Shown here: positions 53,359 through 64,000 of the stretch, piece after piece
Layout: each line of letters starts with the position of its first letter
Numbering within the stretch: position 1 is the first letter of the stretch
NCBI RefSeq assembly: GCF_018977255.1
Contig: NW_024704743.1
Location: forward strand, 42,596,001 to 42,660,000
Length of the DNA: 64,000 bases
Origin: Callorhinchus milii
Lineage: Eukaryota
Reading direction: 5' to 3'
Notes under the pieces: generated by a model
The model's database searches: none
What the model was told of the DNA's origin: nothing
Seen by the model: the letters and a program-made list of their open reading frames with translations, nothing else
Position numbers and translations under genes: made by a program

Positions 53359-53478
53359 ATAAGAATACAAACGAATCAGGGTTGGCCATTTTATCCGATT
53401 TATCCTGCATCCGGGATTAATCCCGGATGCAGGATAAATCGGATAAAATGGCCATCCCTGATTCATTTGTATTCTTAT
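53359..53478. repeat. Spacerless palindrome, 60-bp arms, 2 mismatches
   Basis: Centre gggatt|aatccc at 53418/53419. Arms checked base by base. Confidence 0.95.
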
Positions 53479-53977
53479 GGCTGGCTTCCACTGTATTAGC
53501 ACTTGTTCCAGAATCGTGAAAAACTTTTATTTTCCTTGACCCGCCGATGATCAAAGGGTTAAAAATACAAATTTTATTAATATAACTGTGGATTCTGCGT
53601 TCAAGCTGAAAGATAGTTTTATAACATTTATGTGTAGCACTATTAGCGGATATAGTTGAGCATTGTCCCAAACTTTCACCTGCAAAGTCGATGAAAATGA
53701 AATTCATATAAAAATTTATTTTAGTGCAATCGAACCTTGAAGACCACATTAAAGTGCCTTTTGTTAGTTTGAAGGTCTAAATGTAACAAGTAATTTAAGG
53801 ATTACACCTACAAACTATTTCTATTTCACTGCGCTTGCAATGTAACTCACCGCAATATTTTTATCAAGGTGATGGATGACAATGATGAAAAGAATATTTT
53901 TCACTTTGTGACAGAAATAAATCCAAGTGAGAAAAGTAATGGTTTTATCCATTGTCAATGTTTAAATTATGTGTCAG

Positions 53978-54240
53978 GATCGCACAGGAAGCAATTTTTC
54001 ATTCTAAGGTGGTAGAAATCTGGAATTCTCTTCCCCAAATGCCGTGGATGCTGGATCCATCCACACCTTCAAGAGTGAGGTTGATAGATTTTTGGTAGGT
54101 CAGGGTGTTAAGGGATATGGGGAGAAAGCGGGAAATTGGAATTGAAAGGATTAGTTGAGGTACAGATCAGCCATAATCTAATTAAATGGCGGAACAGGTT
54201 CGAAGGGCTGAATGGCCTACTCCTGTTCCTATGTTCCACA
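53978..54240 (+). mobile_element. CR1-type LINE 3' end
   Basis: tggaattctcttccccaa..., ttcaagagtgaggttgatagattt and gggctgaatggcctactcctgttcctatgttc. Confidence 0.85.
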
Positions 54241-54289
54241 GTGGTAGCAGTCTTATCTCTGAATAAGAAGACTTTGGATTCAAGTCTCA

Positions 54290-54632
54290 TATTCTGCAGT
54301 TCAGTGGTTAGAACACTCGCTTTGCAAACGAGAGACCTAGGTTCGATTCCCTGCAAAGCGAAATGTTGGTCAAGTTTCCTTACTCCACACGCCTCTATTT
54401 ACCTAGCACTAAGCGGGAACCTGGTTAGTCAATTGGCAGATGACTTTTCCAGGGATAATAATACCTTAAAAAAAATAATAAATTGGTCACCCATTCCACG
54501 ACTGTCGCCTTTCGTTCACAAAATATACAGTCAATTCACATTACAGTATATTCTGTGAACCGCTTTGAGATGTCTCAAAGCCATGATAAGGCACTATATC
54601 AAATGTAAGGAATATCATTATTTTTATTATTA
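54290..54632 (+). mobile_element. Family-A SINE, full-type
   Basis: tRNA head (ctcgctttgcaaacgag, ggttcgattcc), undeleted middle and tail. Confidence 0.85.
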
Positions 54633-57600
54633 TGTCGGGATGTGGAATCACATCATCTAAGGTGACATTTCAATGCAGTGCTGAGGTGTGTTATACTGTC
54701 TTGGGATGAGACGTTAAACCAAGGTAGATAGACCTTGGTTTAACATATCACCCAAAGGATCTTTAACTTGTAATTATATATGTTCAATGATTTTGTGCAT
54801 TTATCTTTACTGGGGAAAAATAAAAATGCTCATTTACATCAATGGATGAACTTGGAGAGGATTTCACTCCAACATGAGGTTATGTTTTACACAGGAGTCT
54901 ACGTGATGAATCAGCTTACCATGAAATTACTGTCAACTCCCTTGGGCTCCTTTGTTATTAGAGCCACTGAAGTTATGTGAAGCTTCCCATTACTGTATAT
55001 AGTTGTTTTGGATCACTTGCTCAAAGATCACTTGGAGTAGCAATAATCTGATAAATAATAGTAATAATCCTTGCTTTGGATATAGTGCTCTTCACATTGA
55101 GAGGATATCTTAAAGTGCTTCACAAGATTTACTGTAAACTGCAGTGACTGTATTTTGTAGGTGAATGAGGAATATCCTCATAATAAGGACCCTCTTACTA
55201 TTAATACTTTATATCAATATGGAAGAGAAGCCATGCCCCTACCACACTAAAGCAATGCAAAGCCTGAAATCAGGCTTACTCTTCCTGCTCTACATTATTA
55301 TTATTATAAGACGGGCATACTAAACACGAACATACATCATGCAGGCTAAAATCCCAGAGGCCCTCCAACTTCCTCACCCTGTGCCCGCTTTCAAGGCACA
55401 TTTCAAAACATACTTCTCTGACAGCATTTTCAGTCATCTCTCGCCTCCCACCTCTTTGGCTCCCACCCTCAGTTTAGTTGATATCCAACAACAACAACAA
55501 CAACTTTATATAGCCCCCTTCATGCAGAGTAGCATCTCGGAGACCTTAACAGCGGTGGTGCTTAATGCTGAGCCAGAGAGGGGGGTTGGTGACCGTAAGC
55601 ACGGTCAAAGAGGAAGGTCTTCAGGCATGATCTGAAGATGGGGAAGGAGGAGGCAAGGCGGAGGGATTGAGGAAGAGGCTTCCATAGTTTCAGACCATCG
55701 ATAATGGAGTGGAGGGGCCAGAGACGTACAGGAGGCCAGAAGCAGCTGAGAAAAGGGCAGAGATACTGAAGTGGGGTATAAGCAGGGGTGGGGTGTAATT
55801 AAGCAACGTGAATGACTTTGGGGTGTCTTCCTGACTATGTAAATGTAAAGTTTATTGTATTAAAAATTTACCTAGTCTTAGACTGTAAGAATATTTTCTT
55901 TTTAAATTTAAGATCACACAGAATTGTATAACATTCAGTCTTAAAATGGAAACTGGTTTTCTGGTAGTTGTGAACAGAATGAAGATTGGTTTTAAGATTG
56001 TTGCTCAATCTTAAATATTGAGATAAAATAGTCTTGCAAACTAAGACTACATGGAATTTAAGGCCCTTCAAGTCTGGTGGAGACTTAGGATATGAAATTA
56101 AGTCTACACATTTTGTGTTCGCCAACAAACATGCACAGTCACTCCACTTTACAGCAACTACTGTGAAGTGCTTTGAGATGTCCTCCTGATAGGAAAAGCA
56201 CTTGTAATACCTAAAAATTCCCCTCGTCAGTAAATATACCGATTTTAGTAAACCAGCATATCATATTCCTACTGTAATCTCAAGCAAGACCAATAGAGAC
56301 CATTGAAGAATTCTCCCAATATCTGAAATAAATTTCTTCTATGCATGAGTCCAGATAAAGAGTGTTCATTTTTGCGTGATACATAGGGGCATACTGAGGC
56401 CCTTACAAACATAATAGTGAAGGGAGTGGGGAAGGTACAGCATAAAATCTTTGAGAGGGGACTAAGTGGCCAGCAATGCATGGGCCAATTTTAAAACCTG
56501 AAGTTGCATTGGGAAATAGCTCTGCGAATGTAGTCACGGGTAGAGTAAGCATAGAGAATTGGCGAGAACTGGATGTGCTTAATATGCAATTGAAATCAAC
56601 ACATCAGAATATAATGAGAGCTTCACAATTGATTCTGTTTCGCACAGATTAAAAATTGTCTCTCAGTTCCAATGGTCTTGAGTCTAAATTAATTTTCGTG
56701 GATCTTTAAAATGATATATCCCTGGTGATATGTGTGCACAAAATACAGATTAAGAAATCAATAATAAAGAACAAATTTGAGATTGTTTCTGGCAATATCC
56801 ACATCTGAATCTATTTACTTCAATGATATTTGTAAGCATTTGATATTAAATCCAATTGCTTAATAGGTGGGATTGGTTCTCTGACTTTTCATCTTCTGTG
56901 CAGTGAGAAGCATCTTTAGTTGATTAATGTGCATCAGATAATCTGGAAATGCTTGGGTGCTTTGCAGTGAAACAAACATTAAAGGTGCCACATTGAATGC
57001 AAAGATCAACAACATGAGCCCAGTGACTCTGTCCGTTTTACTTGGAAATGCTGCTACGCAGAATACACAGAAAATTAACACTGCTGTGCTTTGAAAATTT
57101 GCTTCAGAAATAGCCTATGGGAGTTTCCTTGAGAGAGGAGCGGTTACATAACCTTAAATCTGTATTGCACTCACGTTTTTCTTTGCTTCGTTATTCAATG
57201 CCAGACCTTTGTGCATTTCTTGCATTTTTTTTGAATAAGTCATTAATATTGGTATTACATTCCAGTCTGCCTTGTGTTTCAGGTCGATGTTAAGGTGATA
57301 CCTTTACATAACAATATTAATAATCCTTGCATTCGATATGGCACTTTAATGTTGTTTCACTGTAAAGCGTAGTGATTGTGTATTTTGTAGGTGAATCTAA
57401 AAGATCATGGATTGGGGGGATGGGGAGAGTTCCATTTTAAGATTAATTGGCTTTTCCTTCAGCAAAACTACAAAGTGTGAGGCTCGTCTCATATCTTCTG
57501 ACTAATTAACCTACCAGTGGACTTTGTGAATAAAGGTTCAACAGGATAGTTCCCACAATACAGCGAAAGAATTTATATTGTACGTCACCTCATTAGAATG

Positions 57601-57679
57601 TTTAATTCTTTAGTAAAACACTTCAATGTAACACATGCTTAATACCAGTGTCGTCAATCTAGTGTATATCTTCCTCAGT

Positions 57680-58395
57680 TGGTGCAGGAGGCCCAGGCCA
57701 GTCAAGCGGAGGCAGCGGGTTGTGTGTTGGGGGTTGATCAGATCAGAGAGGTAAGCAGGGGCCAGACATGAAGAGATATGAAAACAAGCGTGAGGATCTT
57801 GAGTTTGATCTGTCCAGTGATAGGAAGTCAGTGGAGCTTGGCTAGAACTGGTGTGAGGAGGGTATTGAGTTTAGTACGGGTGAGTATGCAGTCGGCAGAG
57901 TTTTTGAACAGTTAGATTTTGTGGATGGTGGAGCTGGGGAGATCGGGGAGGAGGGCATTTGAACACTCAACTATTACATTTGATTTTGAGCATTTCACAC
58001 AGGAGGACAATTCAAAGCGCTTCACATAATATATTTTGTAAAGTGGAGTGCCTCTATTTTGTGGATGAAGTAAAGCAATATTATACTTCTCTTTTAATTT
58101 ATTCCTAAAGCTAGAGTCTGGATAAATAATTCTTGCATTTAATGTTGCACCTTTCATGTTTGGAGGGCATCCCAAAGCACTTCACAGAACTTACAGAAGT
58201 GAAGTAGAAGGACTGTATAGTTGTAGACAAACATATCAGTCCAATTGCGCATAGCAATGAGCCACAAACAGCAATGAAACAAATAAACAATTTTATTTAG
58301 GGGATTGCTGATCAGGACACTGAGAGAAATTCAGTGGGAACTTTAACATCCTCCTGAACAGACAGACGGGACCTTGGTTTCAAACCTCATCCATA
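57680..58395 (-). mobile_element. Decayed L2 fragment (~57680-57990) and family-B SINE (~58125-58395)
   Basis: gaggatcttgagtttgatc...gtcagtggag L2 remnant. SINE tail aataattcttgcattt and Deu core on the minus strand. Confidence 0.65.
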
Positions 58396-59287
58396 CAGCA
58401 TAACAATATTACATTAGGTAACACTAAAAGTGACAGGCAACTTTCCACAGCTCTTTTATGCACCTTTTGATGCGATGGATGTTTAACATCACAAACCATA
58501 TGCACAAACCATCAAATTAAAGCTCCCTAGCAGTTATTAACTGGATATTACAGTGGAAACAGATCAGCACAATTCAGTTCAAACATAAAATGATTCTATT
58601 TGATATTTTCTTTTGTATCTTTTAATGAAGACCAGATTAAAAGCAAGCCAGGAAAGATAATGAAAGGAGAAGCTTTTCCTTAAATATTTTTAAAAAATCA
58701 TTGCCAGTCAAATTGTTCCTGAGTTTGATAGGTTGAACTGCAGAGCAAGGTGGAGCATGTTTCCCACAGTTTCATACAGTCTGTTAAATATGTGAAAGGT
58801 GATCATTTCTTGCTAAATCGTCTACCGAGGACAGCTTTGCTGTTGGTTTCTGTGTTGTCGTTTTTTTTAAAGACAAACGGTATGTTCACATGGATTGCAA
58901 TCGGAAGAAACAGCAAACTTTCTATTCTTCTGACAGCATCATTCAAGCCAGATCTGTTGTGGACAGCAATGAATGCAAGCTTTAGAAGGCCTACGAAAAA
59001 CAACATATGAAAACATATCGAGGGATTTTGGATTGTGTTTTTGCGCGGCTGTTTCGAGGTGGATTGGTTTAAAAAAAATCTGAACAACAGATGCAGTGCC
59101 CACTGCTGAACAGTAAGCATCCAGCAGCAATGTTGAATCTGCATCATGAGACCGAAGGCATTGCAATACGAACAGGATAAAAGCTTCAACCATGAACACC
59201 ACTTTCTGTCCTGTTCTTACTTCAAAGAGCATTGCCTGCTTGTTTTGTGACTGAACAATTTGTCCCGACAAGGGTTTGGTCACTGCA

Positions 59288-60271
59288 ATGAATTCCTCAT
59301 TCTCTCACGGGCCAGTGGTAACCCTGCACTTCAGAAACCAGAGCTTTGCTGGATTTACCAACACCAATGGCTCCCACAGCAAGGGCTGCTATGAGCAACT
59401 GTTGATCTCCACAGAGGTATTCTTAACCCTGGGCATCATTAGCCTCCTGGAAAACATATTAGTCATCACAGCAATTATCAAGAACAAGAACTTGCACTCG
59501 CCCATGTATTTTTTTATCTGCAGCTTGGCTGTGGCTGACATGCTGGTCAGCGTCTCCAACGCATGCGAAACCATCACCATAGCCTTGTTAGAGAGCAGGC
59601 ACTTGTTGGCTGAGGACAGTCTAATCAAGAGCATGGACAACGTGTTTGACTCTATGATTTGCAGCTCTCTCCTGGCCTCGATCTGCAGTTTGCTGGCGAT
59701 CGCCGTGGACAGGTACATCACCATATTCTACGCGTTGCGATATCACAACATCATGACGGTGAGGCGTGCGATGATCATCATCAGCGGCATTTGGATGGCT
59801 TGCACGGGCTCAGGGATCCTCTTCATCGTGTATTCGGAGAGCACCATGGTCATCATCTGCTTGATCACCATGTTCTTCACCATGCTCACCCTGATGGCCT
59901 CCCTCTACGTTCACATGTTCATGTTGGCTCGCCTGCACGTGAAGAGGATTGCGGCCCTGCCCGTCAACGGTGCCATCCGTCAGGCCACTAATATGAAGGG
60001 GGCCATCACGGTGACCATCCTGATGGGAGTCTTTGTCGTGTGCTGGGCTCCCTTTTTCATGCACCTCATTCTCATGATCTCCTGCCCTTGGAACCCTTAT
60101 TGTGTCTGCTTCATGTCACACTTCAACATGTACCTAATCCTCATCATGTGCAACTCGGTGGTGGACCCCCTTATCTATGCCTTCCGCAGCCAAGAGATGC
60201 GGAAAACCTTCAAGGATATCATCTGCTGTTGCAGCCTACGGAGTCTTTGTGAGCTGACAAGTGAGTATTAA
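59288..60271 (+). CDS. MC4R: Melanocortin-4 receptor, single coding exon, 327 aa
   Basis: Seven-TM ORF with [71 protein letters not shown] and an MC4R-type tail (IICC...LCELTSEY). N-glycan sequons NSS, NQS and NGS. True ATG at 59288 (the ORF track starts at a TTG). Confidence 0.96.
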   Translation: MNSSFSHGPVVTLHFRNQSFAGFTNTNGSHSKGCYEQLLISTEVFLTLGIISLLENILVITAIIKNKNLHSPMYFFICSLAVADMLVSVSNACETITIALLESRHLLAEDSLIKSMDNVFDSMICSSLLASICSLLAIAVDRYITIFYALRYHNIMTVRRAMIIISGIWMACTGSGILFIVYSESTMVIICLITMFFTMLTLMASLYVHMFMLARLHVKRIAALPVNGAIRQATNMKGAITVTILMGVFVVCWAPFFMHLILMISCPWNPYCVCFMSHFNMYLILIMCNSVVDPLIYAFRSQEMRKTFKDIICCCSLRSLCELTSEY

Positions 60272-61119
60272 AAGAAGTGGAGAAGCCATGTGCTCTTTCA
60301 GCAATCCTTTTTTTCCACTGAACGACTCCTTCGGAACAGGATGAAACAAACAAAAGTTCAACCAAGCCTTGACTGTAAGCTTTCTAAAGACCCGATATTG
60401 CAGTGTACTTACTATTTGTCTCGTACTATTTAAGACTGGTAACCTTTAATTATAAGCCCACTTTCCCGTGGAAAATGTTGCATTGAACTCAGTAAACAAT
60501 GTCACTTATGCTCCAAACGATTAAGGATAGTCCACATTTTAAATATTAATTATTGAAGTGCTCTTTGCTGCAACTTCTCAAACTATTATTTTGTTTTAGA
60601 AGCTATAATTTAAGCCTTTTTTGTAAGCCCTAGAAGATTTTTCTGCCTTCAAGCAAATCCTATAGGGACATCAAAGAGAATTTCTTTCTGAGGTTTTCTT
60701 GCCACTGGTTAGAAACACCTGCTTTTACTGTGTCAAATTTGACTGTGATCCGATAGCACATGGTTGCTTGCGATGGCCAGTTTTTGTCAGTTGCTCTGTA
60801 TTCCTAATTCACTGCTTCCGCCCTTAACTACAGAGCTGTTAATTAATTTTGAGATGTGTATCAGTTGATAAGCACCAAATTATTTGACTTACAATTACAA
60901 CACATGAATCACTGACATGGATGAAACGGCTGAGAATTTATTTATTTGCTTATTTAGTTCTGAAAGGTTCATTCTAAATGTGAGAAAGTCGTTTAAAAAT
61001 ATGAGATTCAGGAGTGGGAGAGAGGTTATGAAAAGCATTTTGATGCTAGCAGCTAATCATTCCATACTTTATGCACTTTGGTTTTGTCTGGAATCCACCA
61101 TGAATTATTAAAAATGTAA

Positions 61120-61125
61120 AATAAA
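61120..61125 (+). terminator. Candidate MC4R polyadenylation signal AATAAA
   Basis: First canonical AATAAA that I found after the stop (~850 nt downstream), with an ATTAAA just before it. Confidence 0.45.
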
Positions 61126-62294
61126 TGCAATGAAAAATACTTGTAAATTACTTTTATAAAATAGAACCATCTCTTTTCAAAACCAATAGAGCGAGGCTGT
61201 GGGACAAGGGGAATCCAGTGATTTCCTCTGAATTTTGTTTCTTTCCCATGTTGGTATGGATGGACCCACACTGCTTTAATATCTATGTATTTCTATTGAA
61301 ATGTTCTTTCTGAATGACTCAAGGTTGTTTTTAATATCATTTGAACCTGTCAAAGTCCTTTACCACCTTTAAAAAAATCTCAAGGCTCAGTATAGTTAAT
61401 TTTGTAAGGAGCAAATGTATATACCACTCTATCACCTGTATCCTTTACAACTGTTGTATTGATATTCTTTACTGGTATTGCAGGTAACAAAGTACAATCA
61501 TGTTATGAACTAAATCGAGTTATTGGACAGAATGGTTTATTTTGTACCAGCACAGATTGTTGCTCGCGACACTGTTGAATGTGAGAAATATAATGTTATT
61601 TTAATCAAATATGAAACCATTGAGCTCAGCACACAGATAAACGTTCACCTTTGTGAATCAGAATCATCTGTCTGGCCTGAAATATTTACCTCTGTTCAGC
61701 TTTACTGTTATCTCTTAGCAGTCATCAAAATATAAATAATTCTGATGCAGTATTGCTTTATAAAACAGTCATGCAAAAATAGACTCCAGAGATTTGATTC
61801 TGTACATGTTTAAACGCACACAGGAGCTCTAAAGCAAGTGACTACACATGCTCTGACACAACAGTGCTAAATGTTGCAGTTTAAAATGCTGCTTACTCTT
61901 GTTATGCAACATTTCCATTAATACATGATAATATGATGGTGTGTGCATCACTATTCATCTCAGAATAATAACTTTATAATGTACTGTTTGACAATGAGGA
62001 CAATGGGTTAGAAACCAGGCTGAAATTTGACCCTTTCTCCCCGCTCAGGGTCAGACTCCATTCACTCCGAGACACTATCCCGCATGAAGGGCACTTAATA
62101 GACACAAGTTGTTGTTGCACTTCTTAATGCATTTCTTATGATAATTATCGCAAAGTACGTGTTTTGAAACACCACAGTTTTCAGCCATTGACTCAAATTG
62201 GCTTCCTAAGGTAGAAATGTTAACAAAAGGCTTTGTCTATGTCTAAGACTTAAAGAAATGAATCTTTTCAACATTACGTTTACTATAATGTCTG

Positions 62295-62720
62295 TCACTG
62301 TCAACATGGCTCAATGATAGCGCTCTTGCCTCTGAGTCACAAGCTTCACATCGGGATTTGAACTCATATTGTCTAAGGTGACACTCCAATGCAGCGCTGG
62401 GGATGGCTGCGTTGCATTGTTAGAGGTACTGTCCTTCGAATGAGACATAAAACCAAGGTCCCATCTACCTGTTCATGAGGATGTTAAAGATGCCATGGTA
62501 TTATTCGAAAAAGAGAAGGGAGTTTCTTCTGGCATCCTGACCAACATTCATCCAGATAAAATTGTTCATTCACTTCATAGTTCTTTGTGGGATATTACTG
62601 TGTACAAATTTGCTGTCGCAAAATACACAGTCACTCCATTTCGTAGTAAATCCTGTCAAGTGCTTGGGACATCCTAAAGATGTTAAAGTCACTATATAAA
62701 ATGCAAGGATTATGATTATT
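62295..62720 (+). mobile_element. Deu-domain SINE (family B), near full length
   Basis: tRNA-like head tggctcaatgatagcgctcttgcctctgagtca, Deu core gaatgagacataaaaccaaggtccc...ttattcgaaaaagagaaggg, and tail aatgcaaggattatgattatt. Confidence 0.85.
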
Positions 62721-64000
62721 AGAAACTGAAGTTATTTTTCACTAGTTTAAAATGCAATGATCAGTGATATGATAAGATGTGATATGATATCCACTATTTC
62801 ATATGATGAGTTATTATAGCCACTTGAGGACTTCCTTTATCTTTGATTTATTTTAAATAAACATGGACTAAAATTAAACCTGTGAAAATTCTACCCTTGG
62901 GATTTCTAGCTTTCAGCTTCTTTCAGATTCCATTCTGAGCGAGACCGAAATGTTACCCATCAGATGTCTTTCAGACTTTGCTGTCTTGGGATTTGCCATT
63001 TGCAAATCTTGCCTTAAATTTCGCAATCTGGTATTCACAAACCAGATGTCACAATTCATGTAACAAACCCAGTATGCAAAAGTTTAATTTTAGTCCCCAA
63101 TGTGAGGAGCCTCCTGTTGGTGGAGTTCAGAATTCCTACTCCAGTGTCATCCCCGGGAACAACCAGCAACTATCCATGCAAATTGGTGCACATTAATTCA
63201 CAAAAGTGTTAGAAAGTTGAGAACTGACTCGATAACAACCTAAGAGAACAGTTGCCCTTGGGAGTGTGGAAAATGCAAAACAGGTTATTTTACCATAAAT
63301 CAATATTTTAAATCACCAGCAAAGTCATAACCACGTGATACAATCATCTCTGAATCTGAAGAACAGCACCACACCCACTGTGAACAATGCTCTAACTACC
63401 TGATTATAAAGTAAGATTTCAGAGAAATGCTGGTTCTTTGTATAACTTGCTTATCCCATGCGTGCTGTGTGTGACTAATCTTAGTTGTACCTGAATTACA
63501 CAAGAAAAAAATGACCAGACTAAACTCAATGATCTTTATGGCACTGGCAGTCTATCTAAACTTTCATAGATTTCTTGTTATAATATGTCCAACTTCTGAA
63601 CTTATTTACACCTCACTGTTTGAATTGTTTATTTTGTTTCACAATCGCACAACACCATCAAGCTCCTCCAGAAATGAAAGGACAGCGTTCCTCAGATTCT
63701 GAGATTCCTCAGAGACAGCGCTGGTCAAATTGACAAATGACATTCTGTCCACTCTGAAATAGATTCGGTCCATTCTGTTGAGTGCCAGGATAAGGTAAGA
63801 GAAACAAGCAAGGAGACCTGACCATGATTAAAGGGATAATGGGATAAACTCTGCCAGAATAGGCAAGCCATAGTAATAGGGCACAAAATAGTGAAGTACT
63901 GTATTTGGAAAATGAATTTTGTAAAGATACTTTGAACATGGCTGTACACTGTTTCCCAGAGACAAAGATGAGGGATATAAAAGTAAGGATGAGATAATGA

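Noticed and set aside
58818..58838. Possible REST/RE1 site upstream of MC4R (accgaggacagc)
   Set aside because: Only the right half-site matches; the TTCAGC left half is absent.
11306..59287. A hidden host gene (e.g. PMAIP1/NOXA) or CRISPR-like array in the intergenic interval
   Set aside because: I recognised no non-transposon ORF, spliceable exon chain or regularly spaced repeat-spacer pattern. Very short exons cannot be excluded without TBLASTN or RNA-seq.
59389..60252. Overlapping alternate-frame and antisense ORFs within MC4R
   Set aside because: Shadow ORFs caused by GC-rich third codon positions, with no recognisable protein features.

Overview
Vertebrate genomic DNA, almost certainly from a cartilaginous fish and probably a holocephalan (chimaera/elephant-shark type), judged from the SINE/LINE families and the MC4R sequence. 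Two host genes are supported, both on the + strand. The first is the last seven coding exons of a C5orf22 (UPF0489) orthologue (99-11305; the 5' exons lie left of the window). The second is an intronless melanocortin-4 receptor (59288-60271, 327 aa). The ~48 kb between them has no recognisable gene and is filled with decayed L2, CR1 and Tx1/L1 LINE fragments, two tRNA-derived SINE families that share an L2-type 3' tail, at least one solo LTR, Penelope-like ends and an unclassified dispersed repeat. Most ORFs in the supplied track are transposon relics or noise. The most unusual observations are: a U6 snRNA-SINE chimeric retrocopy inserted as a single unit (22426-22674); an intact minimal hammerhead ribozyme core in a Penelope-like end (41549-41585); a perfect 34-bp hairpin next to a second foldback (35372-35601); a spacerless 120-bp palindrome beside a cluster of PBX/MEIS-type motifs (53096-53478); and uORFs in all three frames just upstream of MC4R. 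No prokaryote-type system (CRISPR, operon) is present. All family assignments come from recalled consensus motifs, not database searches, and repeat boundaries are approximate.
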